A stretch of 64,000 bases of DNA. Origin: Escherichia coli (GTDB lineage: Bacteria; Pseudomonadota; Gammaproteobacteria; Enterobacterales; Enterobacteriaceae). A program made the translations under genes and the position numbers. Below, in pieces: positions 27,492-39,866 of the stretch. The stretch's first letter is position 1, and every line of letters starts with the position of its first letter. The DNA is taken from assembly GCF_024223415.1 (NCBI RefSeq), contig NZ_CP100500.1, one strand, 5' to 3'. The notes under the pieces are model-generated. The model did no database searches, was not told where the DNA came from, and was given only the letters and a program-made list of their open reading frames with translations.

Positions 27492-28214
27492 TCAGTTTGC
27501 AGATGCAGTGGGTCTGATGGTAATTTCGGTTGTATCAACGCTTTCGGGAGATTCAATAATATGCCTTACCGCACGGGCAATATCCGCAGGTTGAAGTGCA
27601 ACAGAACGGTAGGCGTCCATTGCCTTCATGGTTTCCATATGGGTAATTGTTGAAGCCAGTTCACTTTCGACAACGCCAGGATTTACGCAGGTCACACGGA
27701 TTTTCGAGCTTTCCTGCCGTAAGCCATCAGAAATAGCCCGTACTGCAAATTTGGATGCACAATAGACTGCGCCTGTGGGCACAACAGAAAGGGCACCAAT
27801 AGAACCAAGATTGATTATCTGACCGGAACCCTGTGCTTCCATCACCGGAAGTACAGCGCCAATTCCCCACAGTACACCTTTGATATTCACGTCAATAGTG
27901 AGCTCCCATTCATCTTGTTTTCCTGCTGCAAGCGGTGAAAGCGGCATAACGCCCGCATTATTGATAAGAACATCAACTCGCCCCCAGCTATCCAGCGCTG
28001 CTTGCACGAAATCGGCCATGGACTGTCGGTCTGTGACATCCAACTCCCGCGCTTTAGCAATTCCTCCTGCGCGGCAAATTTCGGTTGCAATGGCTTCGAT
28101 ACGCTCAACTCTGCGTGCTCCCAGTAAAACCTTTGCACCTGTCATTCCAAGCTCTCTGGCAATACCTTCCCCAATACCACTTGATGCGCCGGTAATTAAT
28201 ATGACCTTATCCAT
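27492..28214 (-). CDS. short-chain dehydrogenase/reductase
   Basis: Start at the ATG with AAGGAG ribosome-binding site (MDKVILITGASSGIGEG Rossmann motif); YCASK catalytic motif present. Confidence 0.85.
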   Translation of the reverse strand: MDKVILITGASSGIGEGIARELGMTGAKVLLGARRVERIEAIATEICRAGGIAKARELDVTDRQSMADFVQAALDSWGRVDVLINNAGVMPLSPLAAGKQDEWELTIDVNIKGVLWGIGAVLPVMEAQGSGQIINLGSIGALSVVPTGAVYCASKFAVRAISDGLRQESSKIRVTCVNPGVVESELASTITHMETMKAMDAYRSVALQPADIARAVRHIIESPESVDTTEITIRPTASAN

Positions 28215-28312
28215 TACGTTCTCCTTCAAATGTGTTCGGAGAGAGAATAGAACTTTATGATTGGTTCCAGTATCCTGCTTTCAATGTACTCAGTGGTTAG
28301 CGGCATTAAACA

Positions 28313-29212
28313 ATGAAAATCGATCTTAATCTTTTACCCATTTTTATCGCGGTAGCAGAAGAGAGTAATTTTAGTAAAGCCGCCGCACGGCTGGGCGTTA
28401 CCCGTTCAGCGGTCAGTCAGGGAATAAGACGCCTTGAAGATGCATTCGGGACAATGCTTGTAATGCGGACCACGCGCTCAGTTAATTTGACAGAAGCGGG
28501 AGAACGGCTGCATAAATCGCTGTCATTACCTTTATCCGGTATTGAGACAGCGTTCGAAGAGATGGTTTCTGACCATGTGCCACGCGGACTTCTCAGAATC
28601 GCGGTGAGGTCGATAGCAGAAGAATTTCTTTCAGGTCCGCTAATCGCTTCGTTTGCAGCTGCCAATCCAGCCGTTACGCTTGATATTGTTGTAACGGATG
28701 AGGAATTCGATATCGTGGCCGCAGGTTACGATGCTGGCGTAAGGCTCGGAGAGGTCATTGAAAAAGACATGATTGCTGTGCCCCTTACCGGCAGGCAGCG
28801 TGAAATGGTCGTTGCCTCTCCCTCCTATCTCGCAGCCAACAGCACACCTGTTCATCCGCGTGAACTTGTGAATCATAAGTGTATCGGCTGGCGTCAATCC
28901 CCGGATGTTGCGCCTTATCGCTGGCCATTTGAAGAAAACGGGAGAGTTTTCGACCTTGCGATTGAACCGCAGATTACGACTAATGATCTGCGTCTGATGT
29001 TGAGGCTGGCTCTTGCCGGCGGAGGAATAACAATTGCCACTCAGGAAACTTTCAGGCCATATATTGAAAGCGGTAAGCTTGTATCTCTGCTTGATGACTT
29101 TCTTCCACAATTTCCGGGCTTCTATCTGTATTTCCCACAGCGTCGCAATATTGCACCAAAGCTCCGCGCCCTGATTGACCACGTCAAGGAATGGCGGCAG
29201 CAATTGGCTTAA
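28313..29212 (+). CDS. LysR-family transcriptional regulator
   Basis: 299-aa ORF with LysR helix-turn-helix; divergent from the SDR gene. Confidence 0.85.
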   Translation: MKIDLNLLPIFIAVAEESNFSKAAARLGVTRSAVSQGIRRLEDAFGTMLVMRTTRSVNLTEAGERLHKSLSLPLSGIETAFEEMVSDHVPRGLLRIAVRSIAEEFLSGPLIASFAAANPAVTLDIVVTDEEFDIVAAGYDAGVRLGEVIEKDMIAVPLTGRQREMVVASPSYLAANSTPVHPRELVNHKCIGWRQSPDVAPYRWPFEENGRVFDLAIEPQITTNDLRLMLRLALAGGGITIATQETFRPYIESGKLVSLLDDFLPQFPGFYLYFPQRRNIAPKLRALIDHVKEWRQQLA

Positions 29213-29338
29213 ATGTCTGCACCTGCATTGCCTGATGTCAGAACAGTATTTTGATTAATTGCCAGGGTTACAATGGCATAAATACGGCACAGGAGGAAAC
29301 GTGGTGTATTTAAATATGGGGTAACTACTTGATTTAAA

Positions 29339-29414
29339 TGGTGCCGATAATAGGAGTCGAACCTACGACCTTCGCATTACGAATGCGCTGCTCTACCAAC
29401 TGAGCTATATCGGC
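29339..29414 (-). tRNA. thrW: tRNA-Thr (anticodon CGU)
   Basis: Reverse complement reads GCCGATATAGCTCAGTTGGTAGAGCAGCGCATTCGTAATGCGAAGGTCGTAGGTTCGACTCCTATTATCGGCACCA, a 76-nt cloverleaf with CGT anticodon and encoded CCA. Confidence 0.95.
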
Positions 29415-29528
29415 CCTGAAAGGACATGTTCACGAACGTGAATCACGGTGGACAAGGTTAAAACTAACCGGGCGATGCGTCAATGGCCTTGTGAATCAAA
29501 TGGCTACTTTTGCATCACCCGGTTTTAT

Positions 29529-30782
29529 TTACGCACGAATGGTGTAATCACCAATGCCGATCCACTTGTAAGTGGTCAGTGCTTCCAGCCCCATTGGGCC
29601 ACGCGCGTGGAGTTTTTGTGTGCTTACCGCCACTTCCGCACCCAGACCAAACTGGCCGCCATCGGTAAAACGCGTAGAGGCGTTAACGTAAACAGCGGAC
29701 GAATCCACTTCGTTAACAAAACGCTGGGCGTTGCGCATATCGCGGGTCAGGATCGCATCGGAGTGTTGCGTGCCGTGTTCACGAATATGGGCGATGGCAT
29801 CGTCAAGATCGCTGACGATTTTGACGTTCAAATCTAATGACAGAAACTCATCGTCATACTCTTCGGCTTTAACCGCCACCACCTTCGCAGGGCCTGTCTG
29901 CAACTGCGCCAGCGCAGCTGCATCTGCGTGTAACGTCACGCCGCTTTCCGCCATTTGTTTGCTTAATGCGGGCAGGAAGCTATCGGCGATGTTTTTATTC
30001 ACCAGCAACGTTTCTACCGTATTACATGTGCTCGGACGCTGAGTTTTCGCGTTGACGATCACTTTTAATGCTTCAGCGATCTCTGCACTTTCATCAACGT
30101 AAATATGGCATACGCCTATACCACCTGTGATCACCGGGATCGTCGACTGTTCGCGGCACAGTTTATGCAAACCAGCCCCGCCGCGCGGGATCAGCATGTC
30201 GATGTATTTATCCATACGCAGCATTTCACTGACCAGCGCACGGTCAGGATTATCAATCGCCTGCACGGCACCCGCCGGTAAGCCACAGGATTTCAGGGCG
30301 TCCTGAATCACCGCCACCGTTGCAGCGTTAGTGCGACAGGTTTCTTTGCCACCGCGCAGGATCACCGCGTTACCTGTTTTCAGGCACAGCGAAGCGACAT
30401 CAACCGTCACGTTCGGGCGCGCTTCATAAATCACGCCAATAACCCCCAGCGGTACGCGACGACGCTCAAGACGCAGGCCGCTGTCCAGTACGCCGCCATC
30501 GATTACCTGCCCCACGGGATCGGCGAGGTTGCACACCTGACGTACATCGTCGGCAATGCCTTTCAGCCGTGCGGGCGTCAGTGCCAGACGGTCAAGCATC
30601 GCTTCGCTAAGGCCATTGGCACGCGCGTCAGCAACATCCTGGGCGTTAGCGTTGAGGATGATTTCGCTTTGTGCTTCCAGTTCATCGGCGATTTTTTCCA
30701 GCACGCGATTTTTTTCGCGGCTGGAGAGTTGCGCTAATTTATACGAGGCTTGCTTCGCGGCAATGCCCATTTGTTCCAGCAT
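29529..30782 (-). CDS. proA: gamma-glutamyl phosphate reductase
   Basis: 417-aa ORF recognised as ProA from the translation; adjacent to proB. Confidence 0.95.
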   Translation of the reverse strand: MLEQMGIAAKQASYKLAQLSSREKNRVLEKIADELEAQSEIILNANAQDVADARANGLSEAMLDRLALTPARLKGIADDVRQVCNLADPVGQVIDGGVLDSGLRLERRRVPLGVIGVIYEARPNVTVDVASLCLKTGNAVILRGGKETCRTNAATVAVIQDALKSCGLPAGAVQAIDNPDRALVSEMLRMDKYIDMLIPRGGAGLHKLCREQSTIPVITGGIGVCHIYVDESAEIAEALKVIVNAKTQRPSTCNTVETLLVNKNIADSFLPALSKQMAESGVTLHADAAALAQLQTGPAKVVAVKAEEYDDEFLSLDLNVKIVSDLDDAIAHIREHGTQHSDAILTRDMRNAQRFVNEVDSSAVYVNASTRFTDGGQFGLGAEVAVSTQKLHARGPMGLEALTTYKWIGIGDYTIRA

Positions 30783-30793
30783 CGGCCAGCTCC

Positions 30794-31897
30794 TTAACGG
30801 GTAATCATGTCATCACGGTGAACGGCAACCGGGCCGTATTCATATCCCAGTATTGCATCAATTTCTTGCGAGTGGTGTCCGGCAATACGGCGTAATGCAT
30901 CGCTGTTGTAACGACTGACACCGTGGGCGATATCGCGACCTTCGAGGTTGCAAATGCGGATGACTTCACCACGCGAGAAATTGCCAGTCACGCTTTTAAT
31001 GCCTTTCGGCAACAGGGAGCTGCCGCGTTCAAGAATGGCGGCGGTTGCCCCTTCATCTACCGTGATTTCACCCGCAGGCGGCGCACCGAAAATCCAGCGT
31101 TTACGGTTTTCAAGCGGAGTCGCCTGGGCATGGAACAGCGTACCGACGGAAATGCCTTCCATCACATCACCAATAACGCCCGGCTTGCTGCCCGCGGCAA
31201 TAATGGTGTCGATACCTGCACGGCAAGCCACGTCAGCGGCCTGCAATTTGGTACTCATGCCGCCAGTTCCGAGGCCTGAAACGCTGTCACCGGCAATCGC
31301 GCGCAGTGCGTCATCAATGCCGTAAACATCTTTAATCAGTTCTGCCTGCGGATTGCTGCGCGGGTCAGCGGTATACAAACCTTTTTGATCGGTCAGCAGC
31401 AACAGTTTATCGGCACCCGCCAGAATCGCCGCCAGCGCAGAAAGGTTATCGTTATCGCCGACCTTAATCTCTGCCGTAGCGACAGCATCGTTCTCATTGA
31501 TTACCGGAACGATATTGTTATCGAGCAGCGCACGCAGGGTGTCGCGGGCGTTCAGGAAGCGTTCACGGTCTTCCATATCAGCACGGGTCAGCAGCATTTG
31601 CCCGACGTGAATGCCATAAATCGAAAACAGCTGTTCCCACAGTTGAATCAGTCGACTCTGCCCTACCGCCGCCAGCAGTTGTTTCGAGGCGATAGTCGCT
31701 GGCAGTTCCGGGTAACCCAGGTGCTCACGTCCGGCGGCGATCGCGCCCGACGTCACAATAACAATCCGATGCCCGGCGGCATGTAACTGCGCGCACTGGC
31801 GAACAAGTTCAACGATATGGGCACGGTTCAGACGGCGCGATCCGCCTGTTAGCACACTGGTGCCGAGTTTTACCACCAGCGTCTGGCTGTCACTCAT
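30794..31897 (-). CDS. proB: glutamate 5-kinase
   Basis: Start at the internal ATG giving the 367-aa protein [16 protein letters not shown]...; the track ORF has a 29-codon upstream extension. Confidence 0.95.
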
Positions 31898-32085
31898 GAT
31901 TCTCTGCCATTCAATTTTTGGAAAAATGATATCAAACGAACGTTTTAGCAGGACTGTCGTCGGTTGCCAACCATCTGCGAGCAAAGCATGGTGTTTTGTT
32001 GCGCGGGATCAGCAAGCGTAGCGGCAGTTGTTTACGTTTTTATTACAGATTTACTAAATTACCACATTTTAAGAATATCATTAAT

Positions 32086-32104
32086 CTGTAATATATCTTT
32101 AACA
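32086..32104 (+). promoter_or_regulatory. Pho box (PhoB binding site) of the phoE promoter
   Basis: CTGTAATATATCTTTAACA about 80 bp upstream of the phoE start; matches the CTGTxATA-type PhoB repeat class. Confidence 0.6.
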
Positions 32105-32184
32105 ATCTCAGGTTAAAAACTTTCCTGTTTTCAACGGGACTCTCCCGCTGAATATTCGCGCGTTAATTAAAATCAGGAATGAAA

Positions 32185-33240
32185 ATGAAAAAGAGCACTC
32201 TGGCATTAGTGGTGATGGGCATTGTGGCATCTGCATCCGTACAGGCCGCAGAAATATATAACAAAGACGGTAATAAACTGGATGTCTATGGCAAAGTTAA
32301 AGCCATGCATTATATGAGTGATAACGACAGTAAAGATGGCGACCAGAGTTATATCCGTTTTGGTTTTAAAGGCGAAACACAAATTAACGATCAACTGACT
32401 GGTTATGGTCGTTGGGAAGCAGAGTTTGCCGGTAATAAAGCAGAGAGTGATACTGCACAGCAAAAAACGCGTCTCGCTTTTGCCGGGTTGAAATATAAAG
32501 ATTTGGGTTCTTTCGATTATGGTCGTAACCTGGGCGCGTTGTATGACGTGGAAGCCTGGACCGATATGTTCCCGGAATTTGGTGGCGACTCCTCGGCGCA
32601 GACCGACAACTTTATGACCAAACGCGCCAGCGGTCTGGCGACGTATCGGAACACCGACTTCTTCGGTGTTATCGATGGCCTGAACTTAACCCTGCAATAT
32701 CAAGGGAAAAACGAAAACCGCGATGTTAAAAAGCAAAACGGCGATGGCTTCGGCACGTCATTGACATATGACTTTGGCGGCAGCGATTTCGCCATTAGTG
32801 GGGCCTATACCAACTCAGATCGCACCAACGAGCAGAACCTGCAAAGCCGTGGCACAGGCAAGCGTGCAGAAGCATGGGCTACAGGTCTGAAATACGATGC
32901 CAATAATATTTATCTGGCAACTTTTTATTCTGAAACACGCAAAATGACGCCAATAACTGGCGGCTTTGCCAATAAGACACAGAACTTTGAAGCGGTCGCT
33001 CAATACCAGTTTGATTTTGGTCTGCGTCCATCGCTGGGTTATGTCTTATCGAAAGGGAAAGATATTGAAGGTATCGGTGATGAAGATCTGGTCAATTATA
33101 TCGATGTCGGGGCTACATATTATTTCAACAAAAATATGTCAGCGTTTGTTGATTATAAAATCAACCAACTGGATAGCGATAACAAATTGAATATTAATAA
33201 TGATGATATTGTCGCGGTTGGCATGACCTATCAGTTTTAA
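32185..33240 (+). CDS. phoE: phosphate-starvation-inducible outer-membrane porin
   Basis: Start at [21 protein letters not shown] signal peptide; ends with the porin C-terminal YQF. Confidence 0.95.
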   Translation: MKKSTLALVVMGIVASASVQAAEIYNKDGNKLDVYGKVKAMHYMSDNDSKDGDQSYIRFGFKGETQINDQLTGYGRWEAEFAGNKAESDTAQQKTRLAFAGLKYKDLGSFDYGRNLGALYDVEAWTDMFPEFGGDSSAQTDNFMTKRASGLATYRNTDFFGVIDGLNLTLQYQGKNENRDVKKQNGDGFGTSLTYDFGGSDFAISGAYTNSDRTNEQNLQSRGTGKRAEAWATGLKYDANNIYLATFYSETRKMTPITGGFANKTQNFEAVAQYQFDFGLRPSLGYVLSKGKDIEGIGDEDLVNYIDVGATYYFNKNMSAFVDYKINQLDSDNKLNINNDDIVAVGMTYQF

Positions 33241-33278
33241 TGATTATTGCCGGATGTGATGCATCCGGCACATTTCAC

Positions 33279-33737
<459 letters not shown>

Positions 33738-34982
33738 TTAACACAAACGTTTTTCGATCCATTCTGTGATTTCCTGAAGACCTTTGTCAAAATTCCGATA
33801 CACCGGGTTAAATGGGATCTCTAATAATTTACCGTCAGCAGATGATGAGGTGATTAAGCGTGAGTCCTCTTCCGGGCTGAACGGATCGTTCTTCCAGTAG
33901 CCTGATAACATTGGCGTTGGGCAGCGACGTCCCAGCAATCCTTGCACTTTTAATGAATAGCGATTCAGCTCCACGCGCAACGCTTCGTCGGAAGCATCAT
34001 GCATCCCCAAACGACTGGCCAGAACGTCAAGATACATTTCCGGCACCTGTTGCTGGCACTTAAAATCACTCAACAGGGTATGAACTACCGGACCAAGACA
34101 GGCAACCGCTTTCAGACGCGGCGATTCAAGGTATGCCAGACGCACGGCAACGTTAGCGCCGAAACGGAAACCAAAGGCCGCGACGCGAGTGTGATCCACC
34201 CACGGTACGTTAGGCAGTGCCTTTAAGACGTGCTGATGCAACAGGCTGGAGTCCTGGGTGAGCTTCCATTTTGAAGAAAAGCCCACCGACGGCATATCAA
34301 TAGTCAGCATCGCAATGCCGCGCGGCGCAAAATAACGTTCATACAGGCTGTAATAGTCCGTCTGCATCGCATCCAGACCACCACACATTAATACCGTCGG
34401 GAACGGGCCATCGCCTTTCGGCATATGCAAAAAGCCGGTGATGGGCGCACCGCCGGGTACGGTAAACTCCATCTGCCGCATCGTGCCCGGTAGACGCTGA
34501 GCGGCCTCTTCATAGGCGCGGTTTGACAAAGCCTGCGCTTGCTCGGCCAGGTCATCTCCTTTCAGATGAGGATAGGCGGCAATGTTGTACAACGTAGCCG
34601 CATGCAGCCAGTGACGACCACTGAGTTGCGGATCTTCTTCCGCACAGGCTTTTTGTTGCCACACCATCGCCTGGGTGGCCCACTCATAAATCCAGTTGCC
34701 GCCACGGTAGCCAATCACCGTATCGTATAAATCATCGTCGGTACGTTCAGCATCGCTCATCACAATACGTGCCTGGACGTCGAGGATTTCACGTGGGTCA
34801 ATGCCGCGCCAGATCCACATCAGACGGTTAATCATGCGATACCAGTGAGGGATGGTTTTACCATCAAGGGCCGACTGCACAGGCGGTTGTGCGCCGTGAT
34901 TAAAGCGGCGGACTAGCGTCGAGGTTTCAGGATGTTTAAAGCGGGGTTTGAACAGGGTTTCGCTCAGGTTTGCCTGTGTCAT
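33738..34982 (-). CDS. frsA: fermentation/respiration switch esterase
   Basis: 414-aa alpha/beta-hydrolase ORF in the conserved position between crl and gpt. Confidence 0.9.
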   Translation of the reverse strand: MTQANLSETLFKPRFKHPETSTLVRRFNHGAQPPVQSALDGKTIPHWYRMINRLMWIWRGIDPREILDVQARIVMSDAERTDDDLYDTVIGYRGGNWIYEWATQAMVWQQKACAEEDPQLSGRHWLHAATLYNIAAYPHLKGDDLAEQAQALSNRAYEEAAQRLPGTMRQMEFTVPGGAPITGFLHMPKGDGPFPTVLMCGGLDAMQTDYYSLYERYFAPRGIAMLTIDMPSVGFSSKWKLTQDSSLLHQHVLKALPNVPWVDHTRVAAFGFRFGANVAVRLAYLESPRLKAVACLGPVVHTLLSDFKCQQQVPEMYLDVLASRLGMHDASDEALRVELNRYSLKVQGLLGRRCPTPMLSGYWKNDPFSPEEDSRLITSSSADGKLLEIPFNPVYRNFDKGLQEITEWIEKRLC

Positions 34983-35073
34983 GGATGCAGCCTCCAGAAT
35001 ACTTACTGGAAACTATTGTAACCCGCCTGAAGTTAAAAAGAACAACGCCCGGCAGTGCCAGGCGTTGAAAAGA

Positions 35074-35532
35074 TTAGCGACCGGAGATTGGCGGGACGAA
35101 TACGACGCCCATATCCCACGGCTGTTCGATCCAGGTATCTTGCGGGATATCAACAACATAATCATCAACCAGCGGACGACCAGCCGGTTTTGCAAAGATG
35201 GTGACAAAGTGCGCTTTTGGATACATTTCACGAATCGCAACCGCAGTACCACCGGTATCCACCAGGTCATCAATAACGATGAAGCCTTCGCCATCGCCTT
35301 CTGCGCGTTTCAGCACTTTAAGCTCGCGCTGGTTGTCGTGATCGTAGCTGGAAATACAAACGGTATCGACATGACGAATACCCAGTTCACGCGCCAGTAA
35401 CGCACCCGGTACCAGACCGCCACGGCTTACGGCAATAATGCCTTTCCATTGTTCAGAAGGCATCAGTCGGCTTGCGAGTTTACGTGCATGGATCTGCAAC
35501 ATGTCCCAGGTGACGATGTATTTTTCGCTCAT
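35074..35532 (-). CDS. gpt: xanthine-guanine phosphoribosyltransferase
   Basis: 152-aa ORF with phosphoribosyltransferase motif ([12 protein letters not shown]). Confidence 0.95.
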
Positions 35533-35792
35533 GTGAAGTGTCCCAGCCTGTTTATCTACGGCTTAAAAAGTGTTCGAGGGGAAAATAGGTTGCGCGAGAT
35601 TATAGAGATCTGGCGCACTAAAAACCAGTATTTCACATGAGTCCGCGTCTTTTTACGCACTGCCTCTCCCTGACGCGGGATAAAGTGGTATTCTCAAACA
35701 TATCTCGCAAGCCTGTCTTGTGTTGACAACATTTTCTGCTAACCCTGTGACCTGCAATACTGTTTTGCGGGTGATCGACAAGGAGACTTAAC

Positions 35793-37250
35793 GTGTCTGA
35801 ACTGTCTCAATTATCTCCACAGCCGCTGTGGGATATTTTTGCCAAAATCTGTTCTATTCCTCACCCGTCCTATCATGAAGAGCAACTCGCTGAATACATT
35901 GTTGGTTGGGCAAAAGAGAAAGGTTTCCATGTCGAACGCGATCAGGTAGGTAATATCCTGATTCGTAAACCTGCTACAGCAGGTATGGAAAATCGTAAAC
36001 CGGTCGTCTTGCAGGCCCACCTCGATATGGTGCCGCAGAAAAATAACGACACCGTGCATGACTTCACGAAAGATCCTATCCAGCCATATATTGATGGCGA
36101 ATGGGTTAAAGCGCGCGGCACCACGCTGGGTGCGGATAACGGCATTGGTATGGCCTCTGCACTGGCGGTTCTGGCTGACGAAAACGTGGTTCACGGTCCG
36201 CTGGAAGTGCTGCTGACCATGACCGAAGAAGCCGGTATGGACGGTGCTTTTGGCTTACAGAGCAACTGGTTGCAGGCTGATATTCTGATTAACACCGACT
36301 CCGAAGAAGAAGGTGAAATCTACATGGGTTGCGCGGGGGGTATCGACTTCACCTCCAACCTGCATTTAGATCGTGAAGCGGTTCCAGCTGGTTTTGAAAC
36401 CTTCAAGTTAACCTTAAAAGGTCTGAAAGGCGGTCACTCCGGCGGTGAAATCCACGTTGGCCTGGGTAATGCCAACAAACTGCTGGTGCGCTTCCTGGCG
36501 GGTCATGCAGAAGAACTGGATCTGCGTCTTATTGATTTCAACGGCGGCACACTGCGTAACGCCATCCCGCGTGAAGCCTTTGCGACCATTGCTGTCGCAT
36601 CTGATAAAGTCGACGCCCTGAAATCTCTGGTGAATACCTATCAGGAGATCCTGAAAAACGAGCTGGCAGAGAAAGAGAAAAATCTGGCCTTGTTGCTGGA
36701 CTCTGTAGCGAACGATAAAGCTGCCCTGATTGCGAAATCTCGCGATACCTTTATTCGTCTGCTGAACGCCACCCCGAACGGTGTGATCCGCAACTCCGAC
36801 GTGGCAAAAGGTGTGGTCGAAACCTCCCTGAACGTCGGTGTGGTGACCATGACTGACAATAACGTAGAAATTCACTGTCTGATCCGTTCTCTGATCGACA
36901 GCGGTAAAGACTACGTGGTGAGCATGCTGGATTCGCTGGGTAAACTGGCTGGCGCGAAAACCGAAGCGAAAGGCGCATATCCTGGCTGGCAGCCGGACGC
37001 TAATTCTACGGTGATGCATCTGGTACGTGAAACCTATCAGCGCCTGTTCAACAAGACGCCGAACATCCAGATTATCCACGCGGGCCTGGAATGTGGTCTG
37101 TTCAAAAAACCGTATCCGGAAATGGACATGGTTTCTATCGGGCCAACTATCACCGGTCCACACTCTCCGGATGAGCAAGTTCACATCGAAAGCGTAGGTC
37201 ATTACTGGACACTGCTGACTGAACTGCTGAAAGAAATTCCGGCGAAGTAA
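35793..37250 (+). CDS. pepD: cytosol non-specific dipeptidase
   Basis: 485-aa M20-family peptidase ORF; GTG start. Confidence 0.95.
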   Translation: MSELSQLSPQPLWDIFAKICSIPHPSYHEEQLAEYIVGWAKEKGFHVERDQVGNILIRKPATAGMENRKPVVLQAHLDMVPQKNNDTVHDFTKDPIQPYIDGEWVKARGTTLGADNGIGMASALAVLADENVVHGPLEVLLTMTEEAGMDGAFGLQSNWLQADILINTDSEEEGEIYMGCAGGIDFTSNLHLDREAVPAGFETFKLTLKGLKGGHSGGEIHVGLGNANKLLVRFLAGHAEELDLRLIDFNGGTLRNAIPREAFATIAVASDKVDALKSLVNTYQEILKNELAEKEKNLALLLDSVANDKAALIAKSRDTFIRLLNATPNGVIRNSDVAKGVVETSLNVGVVTMTDNNVEIHCLIRSLIDSGKDYVVSMLDSLGKLAGAKTEAKGAYPGWQPDANSTVMHLVRETYQRLFNKTPNIQIIHAGLECGLFKKPYPEMDMVSIGPTITGPHSPDEQVHIESVGHYWTLLTELLKEIPAK

Positions 37251-37306
37251 TTATTTGATTTGCTGCCGGATGGCGTTTAATCGCCTTCCGGCAGTTTCAT
37301 CCTTCA

Positions 37307-37864
37307 TTATCCTTCGATAAAAGCCATCCCTGTAAACGTTCGTCGCGGGTTGCCACGTTCAATCTGGTGATGGAACATTCGCCGCTGCGATTTCAGCGCC
37401 GCGCTATTTTCCTGTTGCTGCTGCTCCAGCTTCCAGGCAATCAGCAATCGCGCCAGCCGTTTGTTAGCATGCTGGCTGCGCTCTGACTGAACCTTCACGC
37501 TAATACCGGATGCCAGATGCGTGGCGCGTACCGCCGAGTCGGTTTTATTGACATGTTGACCGCCCGGCCCCGACGAACGCTGCGTCTCATACCGGATCGC
37601 ATCGGATTGCTCCTGCTCATCAGCGGTAAAACGCCCAATGCCCAGAAACCAGTTTTTGCGCCCATGATGAGGCCGATACGGACTCGGACAAATCCACTGA
37701 ATAGTGCCGCACCAACTTTCGCTTAATGCCCATGCGTTATCGCCATCCAGAGAAATCAGCGCCGAACGCAGCGTGTCAGAGTAGCGGCCCGTTTCTGTTT
37801 CCAGCACCGTTACCGCGACGTCTTGTCGGGCAAAAACGACCAACAGAGAAGAACGCTGCGCCAA
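37307..37864 (-). pseudogene. prfH: peptide chain release factor homolog RF-H, N-terminally truncated
   Basis: Contains the GGQ motif ([17 protein letters not shown]) of class I release factors but lacks the normal N-terminus. Confidence 0.7.
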
Positions 37865-38042
37865 TCGGGTAGCCGCGTCCGGGGTGTAAATCTGGCATCC
37901 CCACTACGCGCTGCATGTTGGGTAAATTTGCCGTGGTGTGTAATTGTTGGATCGCTAAACTCTCGATCCACAGGTCATCAGATGCGATGGTAAATACCGC
38001 ATCGGATAAGGGACGAATATATTTGCCCATGTACCATTCCAT
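37776..38042 (-). pseudogene. RtcB-like RNA ligase N-terminal fragment
   Basis: 88-aa ORF with [16 protein letters not shown] motif typical of the RtcB N-terminus; overlaps the prfH remnant in another frame, consistent with an internal deletion. Confidence 0.6.
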
Positions 38043-38175
38043 TTATACTCGTCATACTTCAAGTTGCATGTACTGCGACTGCGTTCGTTCACCCCAGTCA
38101 CTTACTTATGTAAGCTCCTGGGGATTCACTCGCTTGTCGCCTTCCTGCAACTCGAATTATTTAGAGTATATAAAT
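38038..38175. repeat. ERIC (enterobacterial repetitive intergenic consensus) element
   Basis: Contains ATGTAAGCTCCTGGGGATTCAC and the complement of AAGTAAGTGACTGGGGTGAACG, the central inverted repeat of ERIC, within a longer imperfect palindrome. Confidence 0.7.
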
Positions 38176-38347
38176 ATAAAAATCAGGAAATGGCAGACGA
38201 ATCCAGGGCAAGAAAAAAAGAATTAATCCTGGAAAGGTCTGCAAAGAGTCATTGATAAAGGATTTGTCATGATTTACCTCCTTGCAGTTTGTGGAATAAG
38301 AAAACGCGCACATACCAGGCGGGCGTTATTTTCATTGCAAGCTGGAT

Positions 38348-38800
38348 TTAATGTTGCGGTTTATATCGCATATAAAAATTAGTAAACCACGCTCCCCGGC
38401 ATTCAACGCGCTGCTGCTTAACTGTCTGAAAACCATAACGTTCAAAAAAGGGTTTTGCGGTTATGCTGGCGTCCACCGTAAGTTCGGATTCAGACTTAAT
38501 CACAGGTTTTAACAAAGCGCTGGCAACCCCACGGCGGGTGTATTCAGGGTCAACAAATAACATATCGATATAGTGTTCAACGCAGGTAATAAAGCCGACC
38601 AGTTTTGCATTAATGACTGCAACCCGCACTTGTGATTTCGCGAGTTTATCCTTCCAGCGAGATTCGTCAATCTGCGCCCAGGCGGCAATTTGTTGTGGTG
38701 AATAATGCTGACTGGCGGTCATCATAACCGCTCTAATGAAAATAGCGCATAGTTGCTGAAAATCGCCAGGCTGATAGTTTCTTATTTGTATGTTATTCAT
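38348..38800 (-). CDS. yafP: GNAT-family acetyltransferase
   Basis: 150-aa ORF; start ATG overlaps the dinB stop in an ATGA junction. Confidence 0.85.
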   Translation of the reverse strand: MNNIQIRNYQPGDFQQLCAIFIRAVMMTASQHYSPQQIAAWAQIDESRWKDKLAKSQVRVAVINAKLVGFITCVEHYIDMLFVDPEYTRRGVASALLKPVIKSESELTVDASITAKPFFERYGFQTVKQQRVECRGAWFTNFYMRYKPQH

Positions 38801-39852
38801 AATCCCAGCACCAGTTGTCTTTCCATTTGCGGATCCAGCAACGTCACATGCAGCCCCACCAGTCGCACACCGCGCCCGCCGCGGCGTTCATCCCAGGTTT
38901 TACGCGCGGTGGCGATTAAGTCAGCTTTATTCAGCCGCGGCCAGACGTGCTCCTGGGTGGTTTGCTGAAAATCGTCGAACTTTAATTTCACCCCCTGGCG
39001 AGCAATCAGTAAATCAGGTTTTACCTTTGCCAGACGGCGTTCAAGTTCCGGATACAGCCGCTCGATAATCGCTTCACATTCAGACCAGTGATGAATATCT
39101 TCCGCCATCGTGCGTTCCACGCCGACGGATTTTCGTAACCGTTCGCTGTTAACGTCGCGCTCGTCAATCCCCTGACTACGCTCCCACAAAATGCGGCCAA
39201 ATTTTCCAAAGCGTTTAAGCAGAATCACCAGATCACACTTTTGTACATCACCGCAGGTCCGCAGCCCCATCGCTTCCAGTTTTGCCGCCGAGACTTTGCC
39301 GACGCCGGGGATTTTTGCCAGTGGTAAGGTTTGTAAAAATGCCGGAACTTCTGCCGGCGTAATCACAAACTGGCCGTTGGGTTTATTCATGTCGGAGGCG
39401 ATTTTGGCGAGAAACTTTACTGGTGCCACGCCCGCAGACGCCGTCAGTTGCAGCTCGCTGAAAATCGTCTGGCGGATTTCCTGGGCGATGAGGGTCGCAG
39501 AACCGTGGCAATGGACGCTGTCGGTGACATCGAGATAAGCCTCATCCAGTGACAACGGCTCAATGCGAGAGGTGTAGCGCGAGAAGATTTCACGGATATG
39601 ATTTGAGGCTTCTTTGTAGGCGTCAAAGCGCCCCGGAAGCAAGGTGAGATGTGGGCATAATTTGAGCGCCATCCCTGTCGGCATAGCGCTGCGTACGCCA
39701 AATTTACGCGCGGGATAATTGGCGGTGCTGATCACCCCCCGACGTTCGCGGCTGCCGCCAATAGCAATAGGGATATCGCGCAGGGCGGGATTGTCGCGCA
39801 TCTCCACTGCGGCGAAAAAGCAGTCCATATCCACATGAATGATTTTACGCAT
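38797..39852 (-). CDS. dinB: DNA polymerase IV (Y-family translesion polymerase)
   Basis: 351-aa [23 protein letters not shown]...; a LexA box lies upstream. Confidence 0.95.
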   Translation of the reverse strand: MRKIIHVDMDCFFAAVEMRDNPALRDIPIAIGGSRERRGVISTANYPARKFGVRSAMPTGMALKLCPHLTLLPGRFDAYKEASNHIREIFSRYTSRIEPLSLDEAYLDVTDSVHCHGSATLIAQEIRQTIFSELQLTASAGVAPVKFLAKIASDMNKPNGQFVITPAEVPAFLQTLPLAKIPGVGKVSAAKLEAMGLRTCGDVQKCDLVILLKRFGKFGRILWERSQGIDERDVNSERLRKSVGVERTMAEDIHHWSECEAIIERLYPELERRLAKVKPDLLIARQGVKLKFDDFQQTTQEHVWPRLNKADLIATARKTWDERRGGRGVRLVGLHVTLLDPQMERQLVLGL

Positions 39853-39866
39853 TACTCACCTCTCAA

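Noticed and set aside
29213-29338. Possible integrated element at the thrW 3' end
   Set aside because: Only about 125 bp separate the tRNA from a LysR gene; there is no integrase, direct repeat or phage gene.
30948-31786. Plus-strand ORFs of 118-133 aa inside proB
   Set aside because: Antisense to proB, which is unambiguous.
36414-37202. 262-aa minus-strand ORF inside pepD
   Set aside because: Antisense to a well-supported gene; His/Gln/Arg-rich composition typical of a spurious antisense frame.
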